Below, piece by piece: positions 9,311 to 18,436 of a stretch of 64,000 nt of DNA (position 1 is its first letter; the number at the start of each line of letters is the position of its first letter). The position numbers were made by a program, and so were the translations under genes. The DNA is from a virus: the IMG/VR virus record IMGVR_UViG_3300025674_000015; one strand, 5' to 3'. The notes under the pieces were generated by a model. The model had not been told where the DNA came from, searched no databases, and saw only the letters and a list, made by a program, of their open reading frames with translations.

Positions 9311-9802
9311 ATGTCAACAAAAAACAAATGGGAAAGACAAGATGCTCCACCACCTCCTCTTTTCTTGGGGCAAAAAGAAAGAGATCTAGTTAAACAAGTC
9401 AATGACGAAGTTTTAGAAAGAGTCATTGGGCAAACTATCATCTATTATCCTATTGATCAAAACATAACACAGTTTCATAACCTCTATGGAGAAGCTATTG
9501 AAAAAAGTTATCTTCCTCCGATCAGAGTGCATGCTATGGTTAAGTACGATAGCCAAACAACTACAACTACCAGATATGGAATCGAAAGGTTGGAGTCTAT
9601 TTCTGTTGGCTTTCATAAACGAAGATTGACAGAAGACCAAGATCTTTATGTTCGTGAAGGTGATTTTATTCTCCATGGAGAGCTTTTCTATGAGATCACA
9701 ACCCTAGCCGAACCTAAATGGCTTTTTGGAAGAACAGAACACAGATTTGAAATATCTGCAAAATGCAGAATAGCAAGAGAGGGTTTGTTCAATGGCAGAT
9801 GA
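9311..9802 (+). CDS. Neck/head-closure protein (gp14-like)
   Basis: GQTIIYY...LYGEA, REGDFI motifs; synteny. Confidence 0.7.
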   Translation: MSTKNKWERQDAPPPPLFLGQKERDLVKQVNDEVLERVIGQTIIYYPIDQNITQFHNLYGEAIEKSYLPPIRVHAMVKYDSQTTTTTRYGIERLESISVGFHKRRLTEDQDLYVREGDFILHGELFYEITTLAEPKWLFGRTEHRFEISAKCRIAREGLFNGR

Positions 9803-10736
9803 CAATACTTTTGAATCTGATTGGGATCGCTTGCCTGATCAGGTTGTTGACGAAAGAATCAAAGAAATTTGGAGAAAGTCTCAGTTAAAAGAACTTCACC
9901 CTTCAAATATTGAAAACATTGATGCAGCCCTTTATGAATGGTTGAACAACAAAATGGATCTTCATGCAGTTTCAAACAAAGGCGCAAAGAAAGTTCCTGT
10001 TATCTGGGCTGGAGCGGAAAGAACTCTGCAATCTAAAAGAGATCCAGAAGAAAGAAGACAAGACGGCGCTTTGATTTATCCCCTAATCACTTTGGAAAGA
10101 ACTGCAATTTCAAAAAGTTTGACTAGAAAAGGAATCTATTACGGAGATATTCCGCCAGAGAATGATTACAGAAAAGGATCAATAAAGATCTCTAGAAGAA
10201 TCAACCAAGACAAAACACAGAACTTTGCAAACGCTGATGCTCGAAGGTTTGAAGGGGAAACTTCTGCCCCTGTTAAAAAAGGAATTATCAACTTTAAAAC
10301 AAGAAAGAAAAACAACAAAATTGTTTTTGAAACTTTGACTGTTCCAATGATTGTTTATGTTGACATTCAATATTCTATCAATATTCGAACAGAATATCAA
10401 CAACAAATGAATGAATTAGTTGAACCTTTCTTGGTTTATACAGGTGGTGTCAACTATTTTGTATTAGAAAGAAACGATCATCGATACGAATGCTTTGTTC
10501 AAGAAGCATATACCGGCCAAAATAACTTGAACAGCATGGGCGATGAAGCTAGAAACTTTGAAACAAATATCAACATTAAAACTTTGGGATATGTTTTTGG
10601 TTCGGGAAATAACCAAGAAACTCCAAAGGTTACAAAAAGAGAGAACGCAGTAGAATTCAAAATGCCTAGGGAAAGAGTTGTGGTTAGGCAAAGTCAAGAG
10701 TATAACGACATAACTAGATCTAAATATAAGATCTAA
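9792..10736 (+). CDS. Tail terminator / sheath stabiliser (gp15-like)
   Basis: KVPVIWAG.ER, YPLI, P..VDIQY.I.I.TEYQQQMNELVE; precedes sheath. Confidence 0.7.
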   Translation: MADDNTFESDWDRLPDQVVDERIKEIWRKSQLKELHPSNIENIDAALYEWLNNKMDLHAVSNKGAKKVPVIWAGAERTLQSKRDPEERRQDGALIYPLITLERTAISKSLTRKGIYYGDIPPENDYRKGSIKISRRINQDKTQNFANADARRFEGETSAPVKKGIINFKTRKKNNKIVFETLTVPMIVYVDIQYSINIRTEYQQQMNELVEPFLVYTGGVNYFVLERNDHRYECFVQEAYTGQNNLNSMGDEARNFETNINIKTLGYVFGSGNNQETPKVTKRENAVEFKMPRERVVVRQSQEYNDITRSKYKI

Positions 10737-10756
10737 TTCTATTGGTCTAATTTAGC

Positions 10757-10764
10757 ACTATTTA
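10757..10764 (+). promoter_or_regulatory. Putative late promoter ACTATTTA
   Basis: Recurring motif upstream of sheath gene. Confidence 0.65.
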
Positions 10765-10802
10765 TATTTAAAGTTCGTTCTCAATATTAAGGAGAAGATA
10801 GA

Positions 10803-13727
10803 ATGTCATCTAGAAAATTTAAATTTATTAGCCCCGGGGTTTTCACTAGAGAAGTCGATCAGTCACAAGTGCCCTCCTTGGCTGATGGAATCGGCCCGGC
10901 GGTTATCGGCCTTGCAACAAAAGGCCCAGCACTTGTCCCAATCCAAGTGAGCAGCTACAAAGAATTTGTTGAAACATTTGGCGAGCCTTATCCTGCTTCC
11001 ACTTATAGTGATGTTTGGCGAGAGCCCGGCTATGCAGTACCTTCTTACGCTGCATATGCTGCAAAAGCTTACCTTCGCAATGGGGCTCCTCTCACTTTTG
11101 TTCGATTGCTAGGAGATAGGAAGCCTAGTTCTGAAACTGGTGCAGCTTCTTATGCTGGGTGGAAAATCGGAGAAGGAGCAACCACAGCAGCTTCAACCAA
11201 TGGCGGAGCCTATGGTCTTTTTATTTTCCCTTCTGGTTCCTTGATCTCCGGTGCACCAACCGGTAAAAAAACCGCAACTTCACCCGGAGCCCTAGGAGCG
11301 GTTTTTTATGTTAATGCTGGTGGGATTGCTCTTAAGCACGAAGAGCAGACTCCTATGGGCTTGGCATCGGGTCAATCAACTGCTGCTCTGGTCTCATGTT
11401 CAGTGGCTTCACCTGCCGGGCCCGGCGGGGAGTGGGACATTAGTATTTTTGATGATTCTGGGGCCAATACTGAAAATATTAAATTTAACTTTTCTAAGGA
11501 TTCTCCAAAATATATTCGAAAAGTTTTCAACACTGATCCGACTAAGCTGAATAGTACAATTAACTCTTCTACCAAGACTTATTTCTTAGGTGAAACTTAT
11601 GCTTCTCATTTGGAAGAGGTTGTTACTGCTGCTAGCGCTTCAAGTGGTAAATTATTTGCAACCATTTTGGCTTTGCAATCTGCTTCTGCTGACTATAATT
11701 ATGCAGAAAAAAGAATGGGGCTAGCCCATGCTAGTACAGGGTGGGTCTTTTCTCAGGCAACCACCCTTGCACAGGCGATTCCGTCAGCTAACCAAAAATT
11801 GTTCAAGTTTCATGCGATCAACGCCGGCGATTATGATCAGTCTAAGATCAAAGTTTCAATTGATAATATTAAATACTCGAAAAATCCGGATGCAACGCAG
11901 TATGGCTCTTTTGACGTTGTTGTTCGCCACATTGCCGACTTTGATCATAAAAAAGTTGAGCTTGAAAGATTCTCAAACGTCAATATTAATCCAAGATCTG
12001 ACAAGTATATTGCAAAAGTAATTGGAGATGTGTCGTATGAATGGGATTATTCCCAAAGGCGATATCGCGAGCTTGGCAAGTTTGCTAATAACTCAAAGTA
12101 TATTCGTGTTGAAATGAACGAAGATGTCGAAAAAGCCGCTGTAACTCAAGAGCTTCTACCATTTGGATATTATTCTGCCCCTAGGTTGAAAAACTTTACC
12201 CTTATGTCTGGTTCTACTAAAGTATTTACCGAAGGGCAGACGGACGTTGATAGTGGAACAGAATCGACATATCATTTTGCTTACGGTGCAGATGATATTT
12301 TCAAAGCCAAATATCTTACACATACCGGTCAGGATTTTATCTTTGTTGGTAACACATCTACTTTTACCGGTTCTGTTTCTTTTCCAAAACTTAAAAACCG
12401 AGTTAAAACAAACAACGATCTCAACTTGAGAAAAAGGACGGATGCTTATTTTGGATTTGATGTTCGAAAGTCTCAAACCAGCACTAGTCCAGTTTTTGAT
12501 GAAGATGTTGTTGATATTTTAAGAAAACTTCCCGGAACTGTCCCGGCTGCATCGCAAGTTACAACGGACTATTTCTCATTGGACGAAGTAAAGCAAATTT
12601 CTTCAGATCCGGCAGAGTATGAGTGGGAGTTGGATTCATGGTTATATACAACTTCATATACAAATGCTCAAGGCTCTTATAAAGCTATTTTGGATGTTGG
12701 TCATGACAAGTTCACCATGCCCCTGTTTGGTGGTTTTGATGGGTTGAATATTACTGAAAGAAATCCGTTCCGGAACAATCAGTGGACGTCAAACTCAAAC
12801 GAACTTAATAGTTCCACGTTTAGTTCAGTTGTTCGAGCAATTGACTCTGTTTCAGATCCAGATGTTGTTGATATGAATATTCTTTCTGTCCCGGGGATTT
12901 GGAATGAGCAGCTAACTAACAAAGTTATCAATGTTTGTGAGCAAAGGCAAGATGCTCTTGGGATTATCGACATTGAGGGTGGATATACGCCTTCAACAGA
13001 TACCTCCAGCGCAGAAACCAGCAGAACAGGCTCTGTTTCTGCAACTACTTCTTCTATTGAGTCTCGAAGGTTAAACTCCAGCTTTGCTGCTGCTTATTAT
13101 CCTTGGGTTTTGATTCGCGATGAATCAAACGGTTCGAATGTTTGGGTTCCGCCTTCGGTTGCAGCTTTGGGAACCATGGCTTACACTGAAGCTACTTCCG
13201 AGCTTTGGTTCGCCCCTGCTGGATTTAATAGAGGTGGCCTTTCCCAAGGTACTTCTGGTTTGACTGTTATTGGAGTTAGAGACAAGTTGACCAGCGATGA
13301 TAGAGACGACCTCTACGCTGTTAATGTTAACCCCATTGCTTCTTTCCCCGCAGAAGGGATTGTTATCTTTGGTCAGAAAACTCTTCAAGCAACTCCAAGT
13401 GCTTTGGATAGAATCAACGTTCGAAGACTGCTTATCTTCTTGAAGAAGAGAATCTCTAGAATTGCAAATACCATTCTCTTTGACCAGAACGTTAAGCAAA
13501 CTTGGGATCGATTCAAAGGCATTGTTGAGCCTTTCTTGGAGTCTGTCAAGAACCGACTTGGTTTGGCAGAATACAAACTGATTCTGGATGAAACTACAAC
13601 TACTCCAGACCTTGTTGATAGAAATATTCTTTATGCAAAGGTTTATCTTAAGCCGGCAAGAGCTATTGAATTTATTGCTTTGGACTTCTTTATTACAAAC
13701 TCCGGAGCAAGTTTCGAAGACCTTTAA
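10803..13727 (+). CDS. Contractile tail sheath protein (gp18-like)
   Basis: SPGVFTREVDQS, KGPA, WFAPAGFNRG, VNPI, GQKTLQ, RINVRRLL, KPARAIEFI. Confidence 0.97.
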   Translation: MSSRKFKFISPGVFTREVDQSQVPSLADGIGPAVIGLATKGPALVPIQVSSYKEFVETFGEPYPASTYSDVWREPGYAVPSYAAYAAKAYLRNGAPLTFVRLLGDRKPSSETGAASYAGWKIGEGATTAASTNGGAYGLFIFPSGSLISGAPTGKKTATSPGALGAVFYVNAGGIALKHEEQTPMGLASGQSTAALVSCSVASPAGPGGEWDISIFDDSGANTENIKFNFSKDSPKYIRKVFNTDPTKLNSTINSSTKTYFLGETYASHLEEVVTAASASSGKLFATILALQSASADYNYAEKRMGLAHASTGWVFSQATTLAQAIPSANQKLFKFHAINAGDYDQSKIKVSIDNIKYSKNPDATQYGSFDVVVRHIADFDHKKVELERFSNVNINPRSDKYIAKVIGDVSYEWDYSQRRYRELGKFANNSKYIRVEMNEDVEKAAVTQELLPFGYYSAPRLKNFTLMSGSTKVFTEGQTDVDSGTESTYHFAYGADDIFKAKYLTHTGQDFIFVGNTSTFTGSVSFPKLKNRVKTNNDLNLRKRTDAYFGFDVRKSQTSTSPVFDEDVVDILRKLPGTVPAASQVTTDYFSLDEVKQISSDPAEYEWELDSWLYTTSYTNAQGSYKAILDVGHDKFTMPLFGGFDGLNITERNPFRNNQWTSNSNELNSSTFSSVVRAIDSVSDPDVVDMNILSVPGIWNEQLTNKVINVCEQRQDALGIIDIEGGYTPSTDTSSAETSRTGSVSATTSSIESRRLNSSFAAAYYPWVLIRDESNGSNVWVPPSVAALGTMAYTEATSELWFAPAGFNRGGLSQGTSGLTVIGVRDKLTSDDRDDLYAVNVNPIASFPAEGIVIFGQKTLQATPSALDRINVRRLLIFLKKRISRIANTILFDQNVKQTWDRFKGIVEPFLESVKNRLGLAEYKLILDETTTTPDLVDRNILYAKVYLKPARAIEFIALDFFITNSGASFEDL

Positions 13728-13744
13728 TAAAATTGAAATGATTT

Positions 13745-13752
13745 ACTAGTTA
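13745..13752 (+). promoter_or_regulatory. Putative late promoter ACTAGTTA
   Basis: Recurring motif upstream of tube gene. Confidence 0.6.
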
Positions 13753-13780
13753 ATAGTAAAATTAAAAGGAGAACTTAAAA

Positions 13781-14422
13781 ATGGCATTCTGGACTCAGAC
13801 AACGCCGGGAACGAGAGACCCAAAAAGAGATTTTAGATTTTTACTACAAGTGCCCGGAGTCGCAGAACCATGGGCAGTTAAATCAGCGGCAAAACCTAAT
13901 TGGACTGTAGGTGAAACTCCGCACAATTTTATCAACCATAAGTTTAAATTTCCGGGTAGAATTACTTGGAGTGATGTTCAAGTAGTATTGGTCGACCCAA
14001 TCGAGCCTTATGATACTACTCTGGGCGTTATGCAATGGCTTAAAACTGCTGGATATAGAATTCCTACTACTGGCACTGCAAATGAGCCATATTCGCTGGC
14101 GAAGTCGAAAGCAGTATTCAACAACCCCGAACATCGCTTTGGCGCGCCTAATGGCCAAGGCCCAGCTTCAGGCGGCAACTTTGTTTTGAAGCAGATTGAT
14201 GCGGAAGGAAATTCTGTTGATGAATGGACTCTTTTTAATGCATGGATTAAAGGCTTTTCAGTCTCGCAAAGTAACTATGAAAGTGACAATATGCAACAGA
14301 TCACTTTAACGATCGCATATGACTACGCAAACTATGAACACAAACTTAAGCAAGTTAATACTGCTTGGAAAGAAGAAGGTGTTCCAATCAATGATTATAC
14401 CATCCCCGGAAACAAACAATAA
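13781..14422 (+). CDS. Tail tube protein (gp19-like)
   Basis: DPKR.FRF, KFPGRITW, EWTL.NAW, ITLTIAYDYA; follows sheath. Confidence 0.9.
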   Translation: MAFWTQTTPGTRDPKRDFRFLLQVPGVAEPWAVKSAAKPNWTVGETPHNFINHKFKFPGRITWSDVQVVLVDPIEPYDTTLGVMQWLKTAGYRIPTTGTANEPYSLAKSKAVFNNPEHRFGAPNGQGPASGGNFVLKQIDAEGNSVDEWTLFNAWIKGFSVSQSNYESDNMQQITLTIAYDYANYEHKLKQVNTAWKEEGVPINDYTIPGNKQ

Positions 14423-14434
14423 TAAGAGGAATAA

Positions 14435-15256
14435 ATGAGAAACAACCAAGAAAGACTTAATCCCACCCAATTCCAACAACCACAACAGCCTCAGCCTCAA
14501 GGGGTTTTTTCCTTTGCAGTTCCAACAGAATTTGTTGAACTTCCTAGTAAAGGAAAGTATTATCCAGAGGGGCACCCTCTTCACATGGTTAAAGAGGTAG
14601 AAATCAAACACATGACAGCAAAAGATGAAGATATTTTGTCTTCGCAATCTCTTATTGAAAGAGGGATCGCGCTAGAAAGGCTTCTTCAGAATATTTTGAT
14701 CGATAAAAGGATTGATGTTAATTCACTTTTAAAAGGAGATAAAAATGCTTTGCTGATCGCTTGTAGAAAATATGGGTATGGTGTTGACTATGAGGCATCG
14801 ATTATTTGTAATGATTGTTATAAAAGTTCTTCTTTCTTCTTTGACATATCCGGATGGAAAGCCAAAGAAAAGCAAGAAGATGAGCAATTTCAATACGTGG
14901 AAAAAGATTTACTTTTTCACACTCAACTTCCAAATTCGAAAGTTAATGTTTCTTTTAAACTTTTAAATTCTATAGAGCAGAAAAGATTGGAACAAAAAAT
15001 CCTAGACAATGATGGAGAAAATGGAAGTAATTTTCTTTTGTCAATTCTAAATTCAGTCGAAGAATATACAGATATTCAATCTTTTCGAAATTTTGTTGAG
15101 CATATCCCAGTTAAAGATGCTGTCTATCTTCGTTCATTGTACAAACATGTAGAGCCCAACATTGAAACCACTTCTCACTTTAAGTGCTCAAATTGTGGCC
15201 ATGAAGAGGACGTGGAGGTTCCTCTAGGTGTTGGCTTTTTTTGGCCTGACATCTGA
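14435..15256 (+). CDS. Tail assembly chaperone / gp26-like baseplate hub assembly protein
   Basis: VELPSKGKYYP, MTAKDEDIL, GDKNALLI..R..GYG, two CxxC, terminal FFWP; between tube and TMP. Confidence 0.75.
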   Translation: MRNNQERLNPTQFQQPQQPQPQGVFSFAVPTEFVELPSKGKYYPEGHPLHMVKEVEIKHMTAKDEDILSSQSLIERGIALERLLQNILIDKRIDVNSLLKGDKNALLIACRKYGYGVDYEASIICNDCYKSSSFFFDISGWKAKEKQEDEQFQYVEKDLLFHTQLPNSKVNVSFKLLNSIEQKRLEQKILDNDGENGSNFLLSILNSVEEYTDIQSFRNFVEHIPVKDAVYLRSLYKHVEPNIETTSHFKCSNCGHEEDVEVPLGVGFFWPDI

Positions 15257-15431
15257 ATATATGAAAAATGTTTATGAGCAATTTTTCTTTTTGCAATATC
15301 ATGGGAATTGGTCATTTTTAGAAGCTTATAACCTACCTGTTGGTTTGAGGCGATTTTTTGTTGAAAAGTTAATGGAACAAAAAGAAGCCGAGGCCAAACC
15401 ATTCGAAGAATCTTCAGAGAAGCTCTCCTAA
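15228..15431 (+). CDS. Small ORF overlapping chaperone 3' end; probable frameshift extension
   Basis: +1 frame relative to 14435; overlap contains T7 run 15236-15242; YNLPVGLRRFF. Confidence 0.65.
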   Translation: MLAFFGLTSEYMKNVYEQFFFLQYHGNWSFLEAYNLPVGLRRFFVEKLMEQKEAEAKPFEESSEKLS

Positions 15432-15446
15432 TTAAAATTTAAAATC

Positions 15447-15454
15447 ACTATTTA
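15447..15454 (+). promoter_or_regulatory. Putative late promoter ACTATTTA
   Basis: Recurring motif upstream of TMP-like gene. Confidence 0.65.
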
Positions 15455-15482
15455 TATTTAAAAATAAGAAGGATCATGAGGA

Positions 15483-17129
15483 ATGGCCACAGCAGCAGAA
15501 GTAAATAAAGCTAGAAAAGTATTAAGAGCAGTTGAACTTAAAATTATTCAACTTGAAAGCGATCTGAGAATTGAGCGAGAACCCGCCCGCCGGGCAAAAT
15601 TGCAAGCGCAGCTTAAGCGGCAGCAAGCCAACCGTCAATCCATCATTAATTATCTAGGCACCAGCGGTGGTAGTTTGAACATGTCAGATCTAGCAAGGGG
15701 TGTCGGGTCCGCAGCTGTTCTTTCCGGACCATCCTTGTTGAGAGGGGTAATTAGTAAGATTCCCGGCGTAGGAACAGCTTTAGAAAAAGGCTTGGAGCCG
15801 TTCACAGATATTACAAAAAGCATAACTGATGCCGGTAGGGCAGCAGCCGGCCTTCCTAAAATTTTCGATCGAATAAAACAGCCAGTTTCGAGCATTTCAA
15901 AAGACCTTGAGCCAATCGATAAACTTTTTGTCTCTTTAAGGAGAGGTACGATTGGAGCCGGAGACTTATCGAAAAGACTTATAGAACTTCGAAAAGACAC
16001 TCTGGCTATCGGAGTATCAAATGAAGATTTAAGAAAAACATATGATGCTCTTTTCAAAGCAAATTTAAGCTTTACAGAATATTTGGATAAAAAAGCAGCA
16101 GATTCTTTGGTGAAATATGTTTCAATATTAGAAAAATTCGGAGTTGCTGGAACTCTTACTGGTGATATCTCAAACACCTTATCAAAGCAGCTAGGCTTTG
16201 GAGCCACAAAAACAGAAAACTTTCTTAAAAAACTGGCCGGAACAGCAAAAAGTTTAGGACTTTCTTTGCCGAAGGCATTTCAAGACTTTAAACAAAGCGC
16301 CGATCGTTTTGTATTGACTGGAGTTGATCAAATGTCCAGTCGATTTGCAAAATTACAAGCCCTAACAAAAGCAACCGGGATCTCTACTGGTGATCTGGTT
16401 AATACATTTGGCAAAGCGACAGATACATTTGACGGCTCAGTTAAAATTTCCGCTAGATTAAATGCAATGTTGGGAACAAATATTAGCGCAATGAAACTAC
16501 TTCGGAACGATGCTGAACAAAACGTGTCTCTAATCGCAAAGGCTTTGCGAACTTCCGGAAAAACTTTTGACCAGCTTGGAAAGTTTGAAAAATTAATGCT
16601 AATGCAAGCAACTGGCATTAAATCAGCATCGCAGCTTAAATCTTTGATGGAAATGTCTCCCGTTGAACTAGAACTTAAACAATTAAGAGGGCAGATGTCC
16701 AAAGCCGCTGGTCTTCAGGATGAACTGCGGACACGAGCGACAACTAGAGCCGAGCTAGTTAAAGGTGTTGGGGAGGTCATGCAAACCAAACAATTAAAGA
16801 TGGTCTCAGATGCTTTAAAAAGCTCTTTTTCCGCTGCCATGACGGATGTCAAAAAAGGCCAAAAACTAGGACAGGCTTTCTTCAGGCAGCAACTAAGAGA
16901 CATGGAGATATTAACAAATGCTAGCGTTGCGACTCAGGAAACTCTGCTTTTAAAAACTTTCCCGGAAAAGTTTTCTGCCACAGTGACAAAAGCTCAAGCG
17001 CCTCTGGTCGCCGCTTTGAAGCTGCTAGCTAAATCTGTCAAAGTTACTTTAGATGAGCCTAGAAGCAAATCTATCAAAGTTACTTCAGATAAGTCTAGAA
17101 GTAATACAAAAGTTGGCGGCAAAAATTAA
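15483..17129 (+). CDS. Putative tape measure protein
   Basis: Helical A/G/K/L-rich protein after the tail chaperone. Confidence 0.6.
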   Translation: MATAAEVNKARKVLRAVELKIIQLESDLRIEREPARRAKLQAQLKRQQANRQSIINYLGTSGGSLNMSDLARGVGSAAVLSGPSLLRGVISKIPGVGTALEKGLEPFTDITKSITDAGRAAAGLPKIFDRIKQPVSSISKDLEPIDKLFVSLRRGTIGAGDLSKRLIELRKDTLAIGVSNEDLRKTYDALFKANLSFTEYLDKKAADSLVKYVSILEKFGVAGTLTGDISNTLSKQLGFGATKTENFLKKLAGTAKSLGLSLPKAFQDFKQSADRFVLTGVDQMSSRFAKLQALTKATGISTGDLVNTFGKATDTFDGSVKISARLNAMLGTNISAMKLLRNDAEQNVSLIAKALRTSGKTFDQLGKFEKLMLMQATGIKSASQLKSLMEMSPVELELKQLRGQMSKAAGLQDELRTRATTRAELVKGVGEVMQTKQLKMVSDALKSSFSAAMTDVKKGQKLGQAFFRQQLRDMEILTNASVATQETLLLKTFPEKFSATVTKAQAPLVAALKLLAKSVKVTLDEPRSKSIKVTSDKSRSNTKVGGKN

Positions 17130-17152
17130 AAACTAACCAAAGGAGATAAAAA

Positions 17153-18088
17153 ATGTCAAGGAAATTTAATCCTTTTTCAAAAGAATATAGTTTAGATACC
17201 TTTGGGGATTTTTCAACTGCCAATGTGCGCGGTCAATACAATCTTTCAAACATTAAAAAGCAAATTATCAAAATTAAACACATGGCTTCCGGAGAAGAAG
17301 TACGATTTCAAGCTTTTGATCTTAATTTGTCCGATTCGTATGCCATATCATACCAAGCAAATCAAGTTTATGGAAGAATGGACCCAATTAAAACATATAC
17401 CGGGACACAAAGAAGCGCAACGCTGAACTTTAAAATACCGGCAAATAGCTTGGACGAAGCCCAAGAAAATCTTTTAAGAGCGCAAAAATTAGTTCAAATG
17501 CAATATCCAGTTTATGAGAATTTATACCCAAAAGGTCAAATATCAGCAACAACGATTAAAGCACCACCACTTTTAAGGGTAAAGGTCATGAACTTGGCCA
17601 GAGATGTTTCTACAATCTCTAATGAAAACAGCTTTTTCAGCCCCGCAGGTTTTGAAAAGGGAGATGGGCAAGGTTATGTTGTTGCTTTAAGCAGTTTAGC
17701 CGTTAACAATTTTGATGGGGATGCCGGCTTTCAAGATCCTAGGCCCGGTGTTATTTTTTCAAAGTCAATTGGAATCTCAATGAGTTTTGTAATATTACAC
17801 ACTCATCCTTTAGGTTATATTGAAAAATGCAACTCTAAAGGAGAAAAGCGAATTTCTTTCCGTCAGCCCAACTTCCCCTATGGATTGGACAACAATGAAG
17901 CGAAAGGCTTGAAAGATTGTGAAGTTAAAACACCGGTGGTGGAGAGTCCAAAGAAGACAACAAAAAAGCCGCCAACTAGGAAAAAGCCTCCGCTTAAAGA
18001 GAGAAAGGGCCCTAGGAAGACAACGACACCGGCACCGAAAAAACCACCAGTAAAAAGACCCGGTCTGGGTCCGGGTGAAGGAACCTAA
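17153..18088 (+). CDS. Baseplate/tail tube initiator-like protein
   Basis: VYGRMDPIKTY..TQRS, QYP.Y, APPLLRVK motifs; P/K-rich tail. Confidence 0.65.
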   Translation: MSRKFNPFSKEYSLDTFGDFSTANVRGQYNLSNIKKQIIKIKHMASGEEVRFQAFDLNLSDSYAISYQANQVYGRMDPIKTYTGTQRSATLNFKIPANSLDEAQENLLRAQKLVQMQYPVYENLYPKGQISATTIKAPPLLRVKVMNLARDVSTISNENSFFSPAGFEKGDGQGYVVALSSLAVNNFDGDAGFQDPRPGVIFSKSIGISMSFVILHTHPLGYIEKCNSKGEKRISFRQPNFPYGLDNNEAKGLKDCEVKTPVVESPKKTTKKPPTRKKPPLKERKGPRKTTTPAPKKPPVKRPGLGPGEGT

Positions 18089-18099
18089 AGGATTGAAAC

Positions 18100-18435
18100 A
18101 TGTCAAGATATAGAAAAACAGATTCATTTTTGAATGATGATCAGCTTTACGAGTCTCATTTCAAACAAAGGAGGTTAGGTGGTATTTTTCAATACGAAAC
18201 AGCTTTCTTTCCTAAGATTACAGATGAAGAATATGAAGATACTGATTCTATTCTGCATATTTGGAAAGTTGGTGATCGATATACAAAATTAAGTCAAATT
18301 TACTACAAAGACCCTCAATATTGGTGGGTTATCGCCCTTTATAACCAAAGACCAACAGAATCTCATGTTTCTGTTGGAGATGAGATTTATGTTCCAACGC
18401 CGCTAGAGACCGCTCTAGAGATTGTCGGAGAGTAA
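18100..18435 (+). CDS. Baseplate wedge protein (gp53/LysM-like)
   Basis: HIWKVGDR...LS..YY.DP.YWWVIALYN...GD.IYVP. Confidence 0.8.
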   Translation: MSRYRKTDSFLNDDQLYESHFKQRRLGGIFQYETAFFPKITDEEYEDTDSILHIWKVGDRYTKLSQIYYKDPQYWWVIALYNQRPTESHVSVGDEIYVPTPLETALEIVGE

Positions 18436-18436
18436 A

